Source of the DNA: a virus | DNA length: 43,920 bases | Reading direction: 5' to 3' (one strand) | IMG/VR virus record: IMGVR_UViG_3300038825_000664 | Span: 1 to 43,920 of that record | Shown here: piece by piece, positions 15,981-24,863 of the stretch | How the letters are laid out: each line of letters opens with the position of its first letter | Position numbering within the stretch: position 1 is the first letter of the stretch | Program-made: the position numbers and the translations under genes | The notes under the pieces: generated by a model | What the model saw: the letters and a program-made list of their open reading frames with translations, nothing else | What the model was told of the DNA's origin: nothing | The model's database searches: none

Positions 15981-17311
15981 TGACTGGTCACGCCCGTCTA
16001 GGGCCAAGCAACCACCGGTGGCCCAACTGCCCTGGTAGTGTGCGTGAAGAATCTAATTACCCTGACATCGCTGGTGAAGCAGCTATCGATGGTACGGGTA
16101 GTCATCTTCTGCTTGAAATGTGTATGGAGAACAATGTACCTGCAATTCAATATGACCAGCAGATAATCGGTGCTAATCACCCTGACCATTCTAGCGGTTG
16201 GTTAGTTGGTATTGAGCGCATTAACCGTGTGCAAATGTGTCTTGACTATGTTACCCGTCGTGTTGCTGAATTAAAAATTCAATACACTGGTAGCACAGTG
16301 ACCGTTGAAGCTGAGTCGAAGTCTGACCCAGGTGAAATGTATGGTCGTGATGATTGGTGGGGTACTTGTGACATCACCATTATATGTTTCACCGGTGATG
16401 TTATTCACTTCATCGAAGCTGCTGACTATAAAGATGGTCGTGGTTGGGTTAATGCTCGTGATAACACCCAGTTGATTTCATATTTAGGTGGCAAGATTAA
16501 ACCGTTTCATACTGACCGTGTGAAGAATTGCCGCATGACTATCATTCAACCGAAGACTAACCCAGTCATACGGTATCAATGTAGCACTCGACCTGAAGAC
16601 AATTTGTCAGTCGATATTGTTATGGCTAAAATCGAAGACATGAGTCGAGCTGCTGCTGAAACCGATGATCCTAATGCACCATGCTTCAGTGGTAAACACT
16701 GTCAATGGTGTAAAGCTAACCCTAAACGTGGTGGTCATTGTGTCACTGCAACTGAAAAATCAATAAAAGTGGTGACAGATATGAGTACCAATTTAGCAAG
16801 TCCAACCCTGCCAATGTTTGAGCAAATAACTCAAGTGATTGCAGATCCTAAGTCATTAACCTCTGACCAACTGTCTGAACTATTAAGTGCACAAGATGCA
16901 CTGATGGCAGGGTTCGATGCATGTCGTACTGAGATACAGACACGTATTGAAGCTGGTGAACATGTCAGTGGTTATGCAATGTGTGCTGGTAACAGTTCTC
17001 GCAAGTGGAATGAACCTGAAGAAGAAATTGTCAAGAAACTCAAGTCACGTCGCTTGAAGCTTGATGACATCTATCCGAAGAAACTCATCTCCCCTGCTGC
17101 TGCATTGAAGTTAAGTAAATTGACTGATGCACAGAAGAAGAAGATTGAAGCTGACTTGATTTCAGAAGTCGCTGGTAAATTAACTTTGAAAAAAGTTGCA
17201 CATTCTGTTGCACAAAGTTCCACAAATGATGTAGACTCTATTAATCAGATGTTTATTGATGTTCCAACTAATACACCAGCACCTGTTGCTGATGAACCTT
17301 CATTTTTCTAA
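15980..17311 (+). CDS. DUF2800-type PD-(D/E)XK nuclease with a Cas4-like Cys cluster, 443 aa
   Basis: N-terminal RLGPSNHRWPNCPGS. Nuclease core CDITII...IEAADYKDG. C-terminal CQWCKANPKRGGHC plus the N-terminal Cys resemble Cas4-like Fe-S ligands. Confidence 0.75.
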   Translation: MTGHARLGPSNHRWPNCPGSVREESNYPDIAGEAAIDGTGSHLLLEMCMENNVPAIQYDQQIIGANHPDHSSGWLVGIERINRVQMCLDYVTRRVAELKIQYTGSTVTVEAESKSDPGEMYGRDDWWGTCDITIICFTGDVIHFIEAADYKDGRGWVNARDNTQLISYLGGKIKPFHTDRVKNCRMTIIQPKTNPVIRYQCSTRPEDNLSVDIVMAKIEDMSRAAAETDDPNAPCFSGKHCQWCKANPKRGGHCVTATEKSIKVVTDMSTNLASPTLPMFEQITQVIADPKSLTSDQLSELLSAQDALMAGFDACRTEIQTRIEAGEHVSGYAMCAGNSSRKWNEPEEEIVKKLKSRRLKLDDIYPKKLISPAAALKLSKLTDAQKKKIEADLISEVAGKLTLKKVAHSVAQSSTNDVDSINQMFIDVPTNTPAPVADEPSFF

Positions 17312-17323
17312 GAGGAAAAAACA

Positions 17324-18232
17324 ATGGCTACAATTAAAGGTATTATCTCGTTCCCTGCTATCTTCACACCTAAACTTGCAAAAGGTGCTAGTGAAGAAAA
17401 GTATGGTTGTACTGTATTGCTTCCACCAACTGACCCACAAGTTGCAGGGTTGTTGGCTGAAGTTGAAGCAGCTAAAGGTAACTCATTCCCATCAGGTTAC
17501 ACTGGTGCTGATGAATGTTTCGGTCTGTATGACACCAAGTATGCTGGTAAAGATTACTATGACCCACGCTTCACCGGTTGGTATGTATTCAGTTGTTCTG
17601 CTAAAGCTGATGACCGTCCTGCTGTTGTTGATGCTAACCGTCAACCAGTGATTGACCCGTCAAAAGTGTTCAGTGGTATGGTTGCCTATGTCAGTGCTGG
17701 TATCAGTGGTTACACCAAAGGTAAAGGTGGTATTGGTGGTTGGTTCAATGGTGTGATGATTACTGATGAAGAACCTACAATGGGTCGTCTTGACGGTAAA
17801 CCATCGGTTGATCAGATGTTCGCAAGTGCACCAGGTGGTTCAGCTCCACAAGCTGCTGCACCGTCTGCTCCCGTTCCACCTGCACCTAATGCGCCACAAG
17901 CACCTGCTGAAGCTGCATTGGTTATGACTGATAAAGCTACTGGTGTAACACTTGAACAATACTTGGCAACACCAGGTTGGACTGAGCAGATGTTACTTGA
18001 TCAAGGTCTTGCTACTCGACCGGTGGCAACTCCGGTGGCAACTCCTGCACCAGCACCGTCTGCCCCGACTCCACCAGTTCCACCTGCACCTGCCGCGCCA
18101 GCAGCACCGGTTGCATTGACCATGACAGCAGCAGCAAATGGTGTGACTTATGAGCAGTACATGGCAACACCAGGGTGGACTGATCAAATGTTACTTGACC
18201 AAGGTCTAGCAATTAAACCTTCGTTTGCTTAA
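17324..18232 (+). CDS. DUF2815-type ssDNA-binding protein with a duplicated C-terminal module, 302 aa
   Basis: N-terminal ISFPAIFTPK...YGCTVLLP pattern. The gene follows the DUF2800 nuclease, as in known replication modules. Pro/Ala linkers and two 34-aa repeats lie at the C-terminus. Confidence 0.7.
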   Translation: MATIKGIISFPAIFTPKLAKGASEEKYGCTVLLPPTDPQVAGLLAEVEAAKGNSFPSGYTGADECFGLYDTKYAGKDYYDPRFTGWYVFSCSAKADDRPAVVDANRQPVIDPSKVFSGMVAYVSAGISGYTKGKGGIGGWFNGVMITDEEPTMGRLDGKPSVDQMFASAPGGSAPQAAAPSAPVPPAPNAPQAPAEAALVMTDKATGVTLEQYLATPGWTEQMLLDQGLATRPVATPVATPAPAPSAPTPPVPPAPAAPAAPVALTMTAAANGVTYEQYMATPGWTDQMLLDQGLAIKPSFA

Positions 18233-18246
18233 CAGCTCCCAACTTT

Positions 18247-18282
18247 GACCCTGTTTATCAATTTGTAGCAGGGTCTTTTTTT
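18247..18282 (+). terminator. Rho-independent terminator/attenuator after the SSB gene
   Basis: GACCCTG (18247-18253) pairs with CAGGGTC (18269-18275) and is followed by T7. Confidence 0.7.
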
Positions 18283-18293
18283 AAGGTCAAATT

Positions 18294-18809
18294 ATGGCGA
18301 ACAACAGTTGGGGAACACCACCCCACTTCATTGAATCTGCTCGAAAGGTTATGGGGTCAATTGATGTTGATCCTGCATCCAATGACGAAGCGCAACAGGT
18401 CGTCAAAGCCGGTCAGTATTTCACTGAAGAGAATTCAGGTCTTGAAGATTATTGGAATGGTAACGTGTGGCTCAATCCACCATACGGTCGTGGTCTAGCT
18501 AAACCGTTCATCATTCAGATAGTTCACCAGTACAAGGTTGTGAAGTGTGTGACTCAAGCTGTTGTTCTGCTTAACTCAGTTTACTCAAGTGCATGGTGGA
18601 AAGAATCAGAGATTGCACAACATTGTTCAGCGATATGTTTACCTGACCACCGTATAGCATTCATCAACCCTGTTACCGGTAAACCTGAGAAGGGTAACGA
18701 TCGGGAACAAATAATCACATACCTTGGTGACAATCCCGACAAATTTTGTGAAGAGTTCAGTCAATATGGTCTGTGCTGTTTACCCTATCAACCCGTAACA
18801 TTTATGTAA
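18294..18809 (+). CDS. Phage Dam-type N6-adenine DNA methyltransferase (orphan), 171 aa
   Basis: WGTPPHFIESARKVMGSIDVDPAS plus the catalytic NPPY motif (WLNPPYGRG). No restriction partner is present. Confidence 0.8.
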   Translation: MANNSWGTPPHFIESARKVMGSIDVDPASNDEAQQVVKAGQYFTEENSGLEDYWNGNVWLNPPYGRGLAKPFIIQIVHQYKVVKCVTQAVVLLNSVYSSAWWKESEIAQHCSAICLPDHRIAFINPVTGKPEKGNDREQIITYLGDNPDKFCEEFSQYGLCCLPYQPVTFM

Positions 18810-18818
18810 GGTGACGAC

Positions 18819-19583
18819 ATGGCACGTAGAACAGACTTCAGAAAAGCAACGACCTACACTGGTCAAAAGATAAAGGGTGTTGTTGAAATATCCTACAAGA
18901 TTGACGGTGTTCGACTCTTACACCGTGACGGTCAACTGGTAACTCGCAATAACAAAGTACCACCAGGGTTAGACATCGCACTAACTGATGAAGCTAAAAA
19001 TAAGATTAATTGGTACGGTGACTGTGAAGTTTACGCTGGTTCATTTGTGGAAAGTAATTCACCGATGCAACAGCACGAACCTAAACCTAACTGTCTCACT
19101 GAAGACATGGTGTACCCGTTAGACTATGAAGAGTTCATGGGTATCAAGCACAACGTTGATCCTCGTTTGTGGGCTGATAAATTACTTGACCCAACACCTG
19201 AACAGATTGACCAATACCTTCAGTCAGCACTCGACAAAGGTTATGAAGGTCTGGTGCTGAGAACCGATGAACGGTGGTATCGAGTTAAACCGAAACATAC
19301 TGCTGATGTATTCATTACCGGTAACTTTGAACAGCTCGACAAGAACAAAGTACCAAAGGGTCAACTCGGTGGGTTCGACACTGCTTATGGCAAGGTCACA
19401 GCGTTCACTGATGAAATGCGCCAGCAGCTATGGGACAACCCTGATCAGTACACCGGCAGATTAATGGAAGTTCAATATAAAGAACTGTTTGACTCAGGTT
19501 CATTCCGTTATGCTGTCACCTTCCTTCGATTCCGTGACGACAAAGACACTGAATCATTCGACACTAAAGGACAAATGAAATGA
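18819..19583 (+). CDS. ATP-dependent DNA ligase, minimal 254-aa form
   Basis: Motif I is YKIDGVR (KxDG). Motif IV is EGLVLR. Motif V is WYRVKPK. Motif VI-like is RYAVTFLRFRDDKD. Confidence 0.85.
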   Translation: MARRTDFRKATTYTGQKIKGVVEISYKIDGVRLLHRDGQLVTRNNKVPPGLDIALTDEAKNKINWYGDCEVYAGSFVESNSPMQQHEPKPNCLTEDMVYPLDYEEFMGIKHNVDPRLWADKLLDPTPEQIDQYLQSALDKGYEGLVLRTDERWYRVKPKHTADVFITGNFEQLDKNKVPKGQLGGFDTAYGKVTAFTDEMRQQLWDNPDQYTGRLMEVQYKELFDSGSFRYAVTFLRFRDDKDTESFDTKGQMK

Positions 19584-21655
19584 CCCCTGACTTCCTATTC
19601 GGTGTGACACCTGGTGATGTGTCATACGATGAAGAAACATTCCCAAATGCATTCACCATTGGCTTCATGCACCGTGTTACCCGTCGCAAGTGGGTCTTTG
19701 AAATCAGTGACCGACGTAATGACATTCAGTTACTGTGTCGATTCATTGAAGAATTAGCTGCTCAAAAGTGTCGCATGATTGGGTACAACAACATCGGTTT
19801 CGATTACCCTGTGCTTCACTTCATCTATAAAAACCGCAATGCTTGCATCACTTACAAAGACATCTATGACAAAGCAATGTCAATAATCAATGCACCACAT
19901 CACGCACGTTTCGCTCACATGGTGTGGGAATCAGACTGGATAGTTGAACAGCTTGACCTTTACAAGATCCACCACTTTGACAACATGGCTAAAGCTACCA
20001 GTCTCAAGGTCCTTGAATTTAATATGGGTATGCAAAGCATTGAAGACTTACCATTTGATGTTGGTACAACTCTCACCAGTGAACAGATTGATGTGCTTAT
20101 CTCGTACATGTGGCATGACATCGATGCAACTGACATGTTTGCTGATAGAACAGTGAAGCAGATTGCAATGCGTGAAGGACTGTCCAACACCTTTGACAAG
20201 AACATGATGAACATGAGTGACGTTAAGATCGGTGAAGTCATCTTGGTTACTGAGATGGAAAAAGCCGGTATCAAGTGCTTCGAGTACGTTGATAACAAGA
20301 AGAAGAAACGTCAGACTAAACGCGATAGTGTTGATCTAGGTCAAGTTATATTCCCTTATGTCAACTTTGAACGTGTTGAATTTCAGAACATTCAAAACTA
20401 TTTAGCTGCACGTGTCATCACAGAATTCAAAGGTGTGTTCAAGGGCCTCATTGCTACCGTTGATGGTGTTGACTATAAGTTTGGTACTGGTGGCATTCAC
20501 GCATCAGTTGAATCACAAGTGGTTCACACTAGTGATACTCACCAGTTAGTCGATGTCGATGTTGCTTCATTCTATCCTAACCTAGCAATCAAAAATAAAT
20601 TGTACCCTGCTCATCTTGGTGAAGAGTTCGGTCAAGCTTATGAAGGTGTTTATCATACCCGTAAAACGTACGCGAAAGGTACACCAGAAAACGGTGCATT
20701 CAAGTTAGCACTCAACGGTGCATACGGTGGTAGTAATAACGAGTACAGCCCGTTCTTTGATACTCAGTTCACAATGGCAATCACCATCAATGGTCAGCTA
20801 CTGTTGTGCATGTTAGTTGAACAGATGTTGAAAGTACCAGGGTTAAGAATGATTCAGGCTAACACTGATGGTATTACTTACCTTTGCCCACATGAACATC
20901 TTGATCACACTCGTGCAATATGTCACTGGTGGGAACAAGTAACAAACCTTGAACTTGAAGAAGCATTGTACAGTCGCATGTTTATCCGTGATGTAAATAG
21001 TTACATGGCTGAATATCAAAGTGGTGACCTGAAACGTATCGGTGCTTATGCATATGTCACTGCTGAAGATGACCCAGGTACACGTGAACTTCCTTACCAT
21101 AAAGACTGGTCAGCTCGTGTTGTTGCCATGGCTGCTGAAGCTGCATTGGTCCGTGGTGAAGATATTCGTCAGTACATCACCAGCCATGTTGATGTATTCG
21201 ACTTCTTCCTGAGAACCAAAGTACCACGTAGCTCGATACTTGAATGGGGTGGTGAGAAGGTCAGCAACATTGTTCGCTATTACATCAGTGTTGATGGTAA
21301 GACACTTGAGAAAGTGATGCCACCAAACGGACCAGCAGGTGAGTATAAGCGTGCTAACAAGCTGACTAATTCATATTACGATGGTGTCATGGCTGAGATT
21401 GGTAGTGGTGTATGGGATGAACGCATTCACACCAAGAATCAATCAACGTATGGTGAACGTCGCGCTGGTGTGAATACAGGTTGGAAGGTTTGGGTGTGTA
21501 ACACTTTACCTGCATACATTGCTGACCCTGACCACATTGAGAAAGGTGGTAACGACGGTGGTGACATTGCTGATTATCAAGATTGGCGCAGTGACATTAA
21601 TTATGAATGGTATATCCAAGAAGCTGAGAAATTAGTTAAACCATTACTTGATTAA
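19580..21655 (+). CDS. DNA polymerase with 3'-5' exonuclease, family-B-like motif set, 691 aa
   Basis: ExoI is SYDEETF, ExoII is YNNIGFDYPV, ExoIII is YMWHDIDAT. Motif A is DVDVASFYPNL, motif B is KLALNGAYGG, motif C is QANTDGITY. Confidence 0.8.
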   Translation: MTPDFLFGVTPGDVSYDEETFPNAFTIGFMHRVTRRKWVFEISDRRNDIQLLCRFIEELAAQKCRMIGYNNIGFDYPVLHFIYKNRNACITYKDIYDKAMSIINAPHHARFAHMVWESDWIVEQLDLYKIHHFDNMAKATSLKVLEFNMGMQSIEDLPFDVGTTLTSEQIDVLISYMWHDIDATDMFADRTVKQIAMREGLSNTFDKNMMNMSDVKIGEVILVTEMEKAGIKCFEYVDNKKKKRQTKRDSVDLGQVIFPYVNFERVEFQNIQNYLAARVITEFKGVFKGLIATVDGVDYKFGTGGIHASVESQVVHTSDTHQLVDVDVASFYPNLAIKNKLYPAHLGEEFGQAYEGVYHTRKTYAKGTPENGAFKLALNGAYGGSNNEYSPFFDTQFTMAITINGQLLLCMLVEQMLKVPGLRMIQANTDGITYLCPHEHLDHTRAICHWWEQVTNLELEEALYSRMFIRDVNSYMAEYQSGDLKRIGAYAYVTAEDDPGTRELPYHKDWSARVVAMAAEAALVRGEDIRQYITSHVDVFDFFLRTKVPRSSILEWGGEKVSNIVRYYISVDGKTLEKVMPPNGPAGEYKRANKLTNSYYDGVMAEIGSGVWDERIHTKNQSTYGERRAGVNTGWKVWVCNTLPAYIADPDHIEKGGNDGGDIADYQDWRSDINYEWYIQEAEKLVKPLLD

Positions 21656-21656
21656 C

Positions 21657-21673
21657 GTGGAACAATGTGTAAC
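21657..21673 (+). promoter_or_regulatory. Orphan copy of the early-promoter spacer element (GTGGAACAaTGTGTAAC)
   Basis: It matches the P2 spacer at 14 of 17 positions. The flanking hexamers are poor (GATTAA and ACTCAA). It lies between the pol stop and the VRR-NUC start. Confidence 0.5.
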
Positions 21674-21705
21674 ACTCAATGCTTAACTTAATGAAGGTGA
21701 CTTGA

Positions 21706-22017
21706 ATGGGTACTCGTGAGAACAAGGTTGAAACTTATCTACGTGACCAGGTTAAATTGCTAAGTGGTGACACACGTAAATGGGTTTCACCAGGTCGCGA
21801 CGGTGTACCCGATCAGATAGTTTTCGGCTTCAACCCCATATTCTTTTGTGAAGTGAAAACAATTGACGGTACATTTGAATCAAGTCAAGAACGTGAACAT
21901 AAACGGTTGCGTGCACTTGGTTCAATCGTCTGCACTGTCTATGGTAATCATGGTGTTGACCTTCTTATCAAAGATTTACAATTATTCAATCGACCAGTGG
22001 TGAAATATTATGCATAA
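21706..22017 (+). CDS. VRR-NUC domain nuclease, 103 aa
   Basis: PD-(D/E)XK core GVPDQIVF...FCEVK. The size is typical. SD GAAGGTGA. Confidence 0.75.
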   Translation: MGTRENKVETYLRDQVKLLSGDTRKWVSPGRDGVPDQIVFGFNPIFFCEVKTIDGTFESSQEREHKRLRALGSIVCTVYGNHGVDLLIKDLQLFNRPVVKYYA

Positions 22018-22171
22018 AGTAACACGTGAAAGTGATGAGTATGTTTGCAGTTGCGGTCTACGTTGGGCCACTGATGAAGCTGATCCACATGTGGTAACTC
22101 CTTCTCAGCCCACGGATAACGGGAAATTTTATCAGCAGAATCATGTTGAAGATAATAAGGATTGGAAATGA
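22010..22171 (+). CDS. 53-aa small ORF (MHKVTRESDEYVCSCGLRW...), absent from the ORF track
   Basis: It exactly fills the gap between VRR-NUC and the HAD gene. It overlaps the upstream stop by 8 nt and is coupled to the next gene by ATGA. Confidence 0.45.
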   Translation: MHKVTRESDEYVCSCGLRWATDEADPHVVTPSQPTDNGKFYQQNHVEDNKDWK

Positions 22172-22593
22172 TTGTATTTGATTTAGACAACACATTGCGT
22201 AAGAGCGATGGTGATTATCCACACACACCATTTGCACTGGGTACTGATCCAGGTGATATGGTTAACTGGGTAACGTGGCAAAAATTTGTCAATGAGAACG
22301 GTGTGCCGATTGACCGCATCGTCAAGTTGTATCATGAAATCTACGAAGGTCCTGATGTAATTGTTATCCTCACCAGCTCTCAGTTCGGCACACTTGAATG
22401 GTTGAGTAAACACAACGTCAACATTCCTGATGGTATCGAAGAACGTCAGTCAGGTGACAACCGTCACGGTGTTGAGTATAAAAAAACTTTCATCAATAAA
22501 CATAAAGGTGATATTTCATTGTGGGTAGATGATTGTATTAAGACTTGTGACTATGTTGAAAGTTTAGGTATACCAGTAGTAAGGGTGGTGTGA
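22168..22593 (+). CDS. HAD-superfamily phosphatase, 141 aa
   Basis: Motif I is FDLDNTL (DxDxT), motif II is VILTSS, motif IV is LWVDD. Start placed at the ATG at 22168; the track used a TTG 6 nt upstream. Confidence 0.75.
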   Translation: MIVFDLDNTLRKSDGDYPHTPFALGTDPGDMVNWVTWQKFVNENGVPIDRIVKLYHEIYEGPDVIVILTSSQFGTLEWLSKHNVNIPDGIEERQSGDNRHGVEYKKTFINKHKGDISLWVDDCIKTCDYVESLGIPVVRVV

Positions 22594-24089
22594 TGAAAGA
22601 ACTATTAACACCTCAACAATTATTCGAGTACCAGCGTACTTGTATCATGCACCAGCTCACACATGATGACTCGATGCTGTGGTTGGGTATGGGACTGGGG
22701 AAAACTCCTATCACGCTCACCACCATCGTTGATCGTATGCGTGCTGGTCAGGTTAAGAAGACATTGATCTTCGGACCACTGCGAGTCATTCAAGCAGTTT
22801 GGGCGCGTGAAGCAAGGAAGTGGGAGCATACTAAACATTTACGCTTCAGTGTGATTCATGGCCCCAAAGAGAAACGTACTCGTGCACTGTTTGCCGATGC
22901 TGACATCTATCTCATCAACTATGAAGCTATGAACTGGTTAGCCGAAACCCTTGACCACTACTACATATCACAAGACAAACCACTACCGTTTGAGATGGTT
23001 GTCTATGATGAAGTGTCGAAGCTGAAGAACTCTACCACGCTCAGAATGAAAGGTGGTAAACGTGATCGTAAAGATGGACGTGGTGAACCGGTCACCATAA
23101 AGGTTACTGGCTGGCGTAAGATGATTAACGAGTTCAAGTACAGAACAGGTCTTACCGGTACACCAGCATCAAATGGTTACTTGGACTTACACGGTCAGTT
23201 CCTAGCAGTTGACGGTGGTGAACGACTTGGTGAATTCATCACGCATTATAAAGACAGTTACTTTGCATCTGATTACAGTGGTTGGTCATACACTCCAACT
23301 GAATTGGGTAAGCAGTGGATCGAGTTTAAGATCAGCGACATCACAACCAAGATGGATGCTAAAGATTATCTTGACCTACCTGATGTGAAAATTACTAACA
23401 TGATGGTGGAGCTACCTGCTGCTGCACGTAAAGCTTATGCAGAAGTTGAAAAGAATATGTTTACTCTGCTTGATACAGGTCAGGAAGTTGAAGTGTTCAG
23501 TCGCTCATCAGTGTCAAATAAATGTTTACAGTTCTGCAATGGTTCACCATACCTGTCAAGCGAGTCACCAGAATATCAAGTGGTTCATGATGCTAAACTT
23601 GATGCACTTGAAGAAGTGTTGGAAGAAGCAGGTGGTGCACCGGTACTGTGTAGCTATGCATTCAAAGCTGATGCTGAACGTATCATGAAGAAGTTCAAGA
23701 AGTATAAACCGGTTAACTTGACACAGACTAAATCTGCTGACACTGAGCGCATCATCAACGACTGGAACAGTGGCAAAATTAAACTTATGATCGGTCACCC
23801 TGCTTCAATGGGTCATGGTGTTGATGGTCTTCAGGACTCAGGATCAATACTGGTGTGGTTCGGTTTGAACTGGTCACTGGAATTGTATGAGCAAATGTGT
23901 GGACGGTTAGACAGGCAAGGTCAAACTAAACCCGTGTCAATCATCAGAATACTTTGCAATGACACCGTTGACTTAGCTGTTGCCGATGCACTGGAACGTA
24001 AGACCGATGATCAGGAAGGTCTGAAGAATGCATTGCAGCGATACCGCGATGGTGTGACAACAAATGATTTAACAACTAACTTCTTTTAA
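22593..24089 (+). CDS. SNF2-family helicase/translocase, 498 aa
   Basis: Motif I is GMGLGKT, motif II is VYDEVS, motif III is LTGTP, motif VI is QMCGRLDRQGQ. Confidence 0.88.
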   Translation: MKELLTPQQLFEYQRTCIMHQLTHDDSMLWLGMGLGKTPITLTTIVDRMRAGQVKKTLIFGPLRVIQAVWAREARKWEHTKHLRFSVIHGPKEKRTRALFADADIYLINYEAMNWLAETLDHYYISQDKPLPFEMVVYDEVSKLKNSTTLRMKGGKRDRKDGRGEPVTIKVTGWRKMINEFKYRTGLTGTPASNGYLDLHGQFLAVDGGERLGEFITHYKDSYFASDYSGWSYTPTELGKQWIEFKISDITTKMDAKDYLDLPDVKITNMMVELPAAARKAYAEVEKNMFTLLDTGQEVEVFSRSSVSNKCLQFCNGSPYLSSESPEYQVVHDAKLDALEEVLEEAGGAPVLCSYAFKADAERIMKKFKKYKPVNLTQTKSADTERIINDWNSGKIKLMIGHPASMGHGVDGLQDSGSILVWFGLNWSLELYEQMCGRLDRQGQTKPVSIIRILCNDTVDLAVADALERKTDDQEGLKNALQRYRDGVTTNDLTTNFF

Positions 24090-24433
24090 AACTTAATGTG
24101 GTCAGCAATCCATTTGATAGCGACACCAAGTACAGTGAAACCACTTAACCACTTAGCGAATTTACCGAGTGTTGACAGTGTTTTCATTGTACCGTCAGCA
24201 GCTTTCCACACTGCAACAACATCACGTGTTGAATCACTCAACTCTTTATTAGATGTCACGAGTTCCCTGATTGATATTGTGTTACTTTCCTGAGTAGATA
24301 TGAACCGATCCCACCGCTTGTCTTCAGCAGCACAATGTTCGTGAAAATCATCAATGTGATTGTCAAGTTTCTGTTGTAATAATAAAATTTGAGTATCACC
24401 TTCACGTCTATTCTTATCAGTCATGTTGTTCAT
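24086..24433 (-). CDS. Lysis-cassette protein with a coiled-coil N-terminus and a C-terminal membrane anchor, about 115 aa
   Basis: It lies immediately after the endolysin and overlaps its 3' end. C-terminal hydrophobic segment is WLSGFTVLGVAIKWI. The start is uncertain: ATG at 24433 or at 24424. Confidence 0.55.
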   Translation of the reverse strand: MNNMTDKNRREGDTQILLLQQKLDNHIDDFHEHCAAEDKRWDRFISTQESNTISIRELVTSNKELSDSTRDVVAVWKAADGTMKTLSTLGKFAKWLSGFTVLGVAIKWIADHIKF

Positions 24434-24863
24434 TCCATAGTTCAACTTCAGCAGCACGACGACGGGTCAACCCACGCAACACTCGACCACCAGCTTTATT
24501 CCAACGTGACATCTGATAAGGTACGTCATCAAAGTCACCGGTGTTAATCTTACGTCTAAGGGTTGATGCTCTGAATGCACCACTCCCCAGGTTATAAACG
24601 AAACTAGCAAGTGCAGCACGCTGGTTCGGATTCAAGTAAGGTTTACAGTATCTTACAACAACACGTTCAGCTTTTTCAAGTTCATGGTGTAACCATTGTT
24701 CTGCTTGCTCACGAGTGCAATTGACATCACCACCTTTGACACGACGACCATCAGGGTAACGAGTAGTACCGAAACCGATGGTCCACACACCAGCAGCACA
24801 GCGATAAGGGGTAGATGAATACCCCTCAAATCTGACAACCATGTCAACCCCTGTTTTAATCAT
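24417..24863 (-). CDS. Endolysin, GH24 (T4/lambda-type) lysozyme, 148 aa
   Basis: The stretch FEGYSSTPYRCAAGVWTIGFGTT carries the E-x8-(D/C)-x5-T catalytic signature. ATGA coupling to the holin stop. Confidence 0.85.
   Translation of the reverse strand: MIKTGVDMVVRFEGYSSTPYRCAAGVWTIGFGTTRYPDGRRVKGGDVNCTREQAEQWLHHELEKAERVVVRYCKPYLNPNQRAALASFVYNLGSGAFRASTLRRKINTGDFDDVPYQMSRWNKAGGRVLRGLTRRRAAEVELWNEQHD

Noticed and set aside
17256-17651. 131-aa plus-strand ORF overlapping the end of the nuclease gene and the start of the SSB gene.
   Set aside because: It is out of frame with two well-supported genes, has a Leu-rich translation and has no independent start signals.
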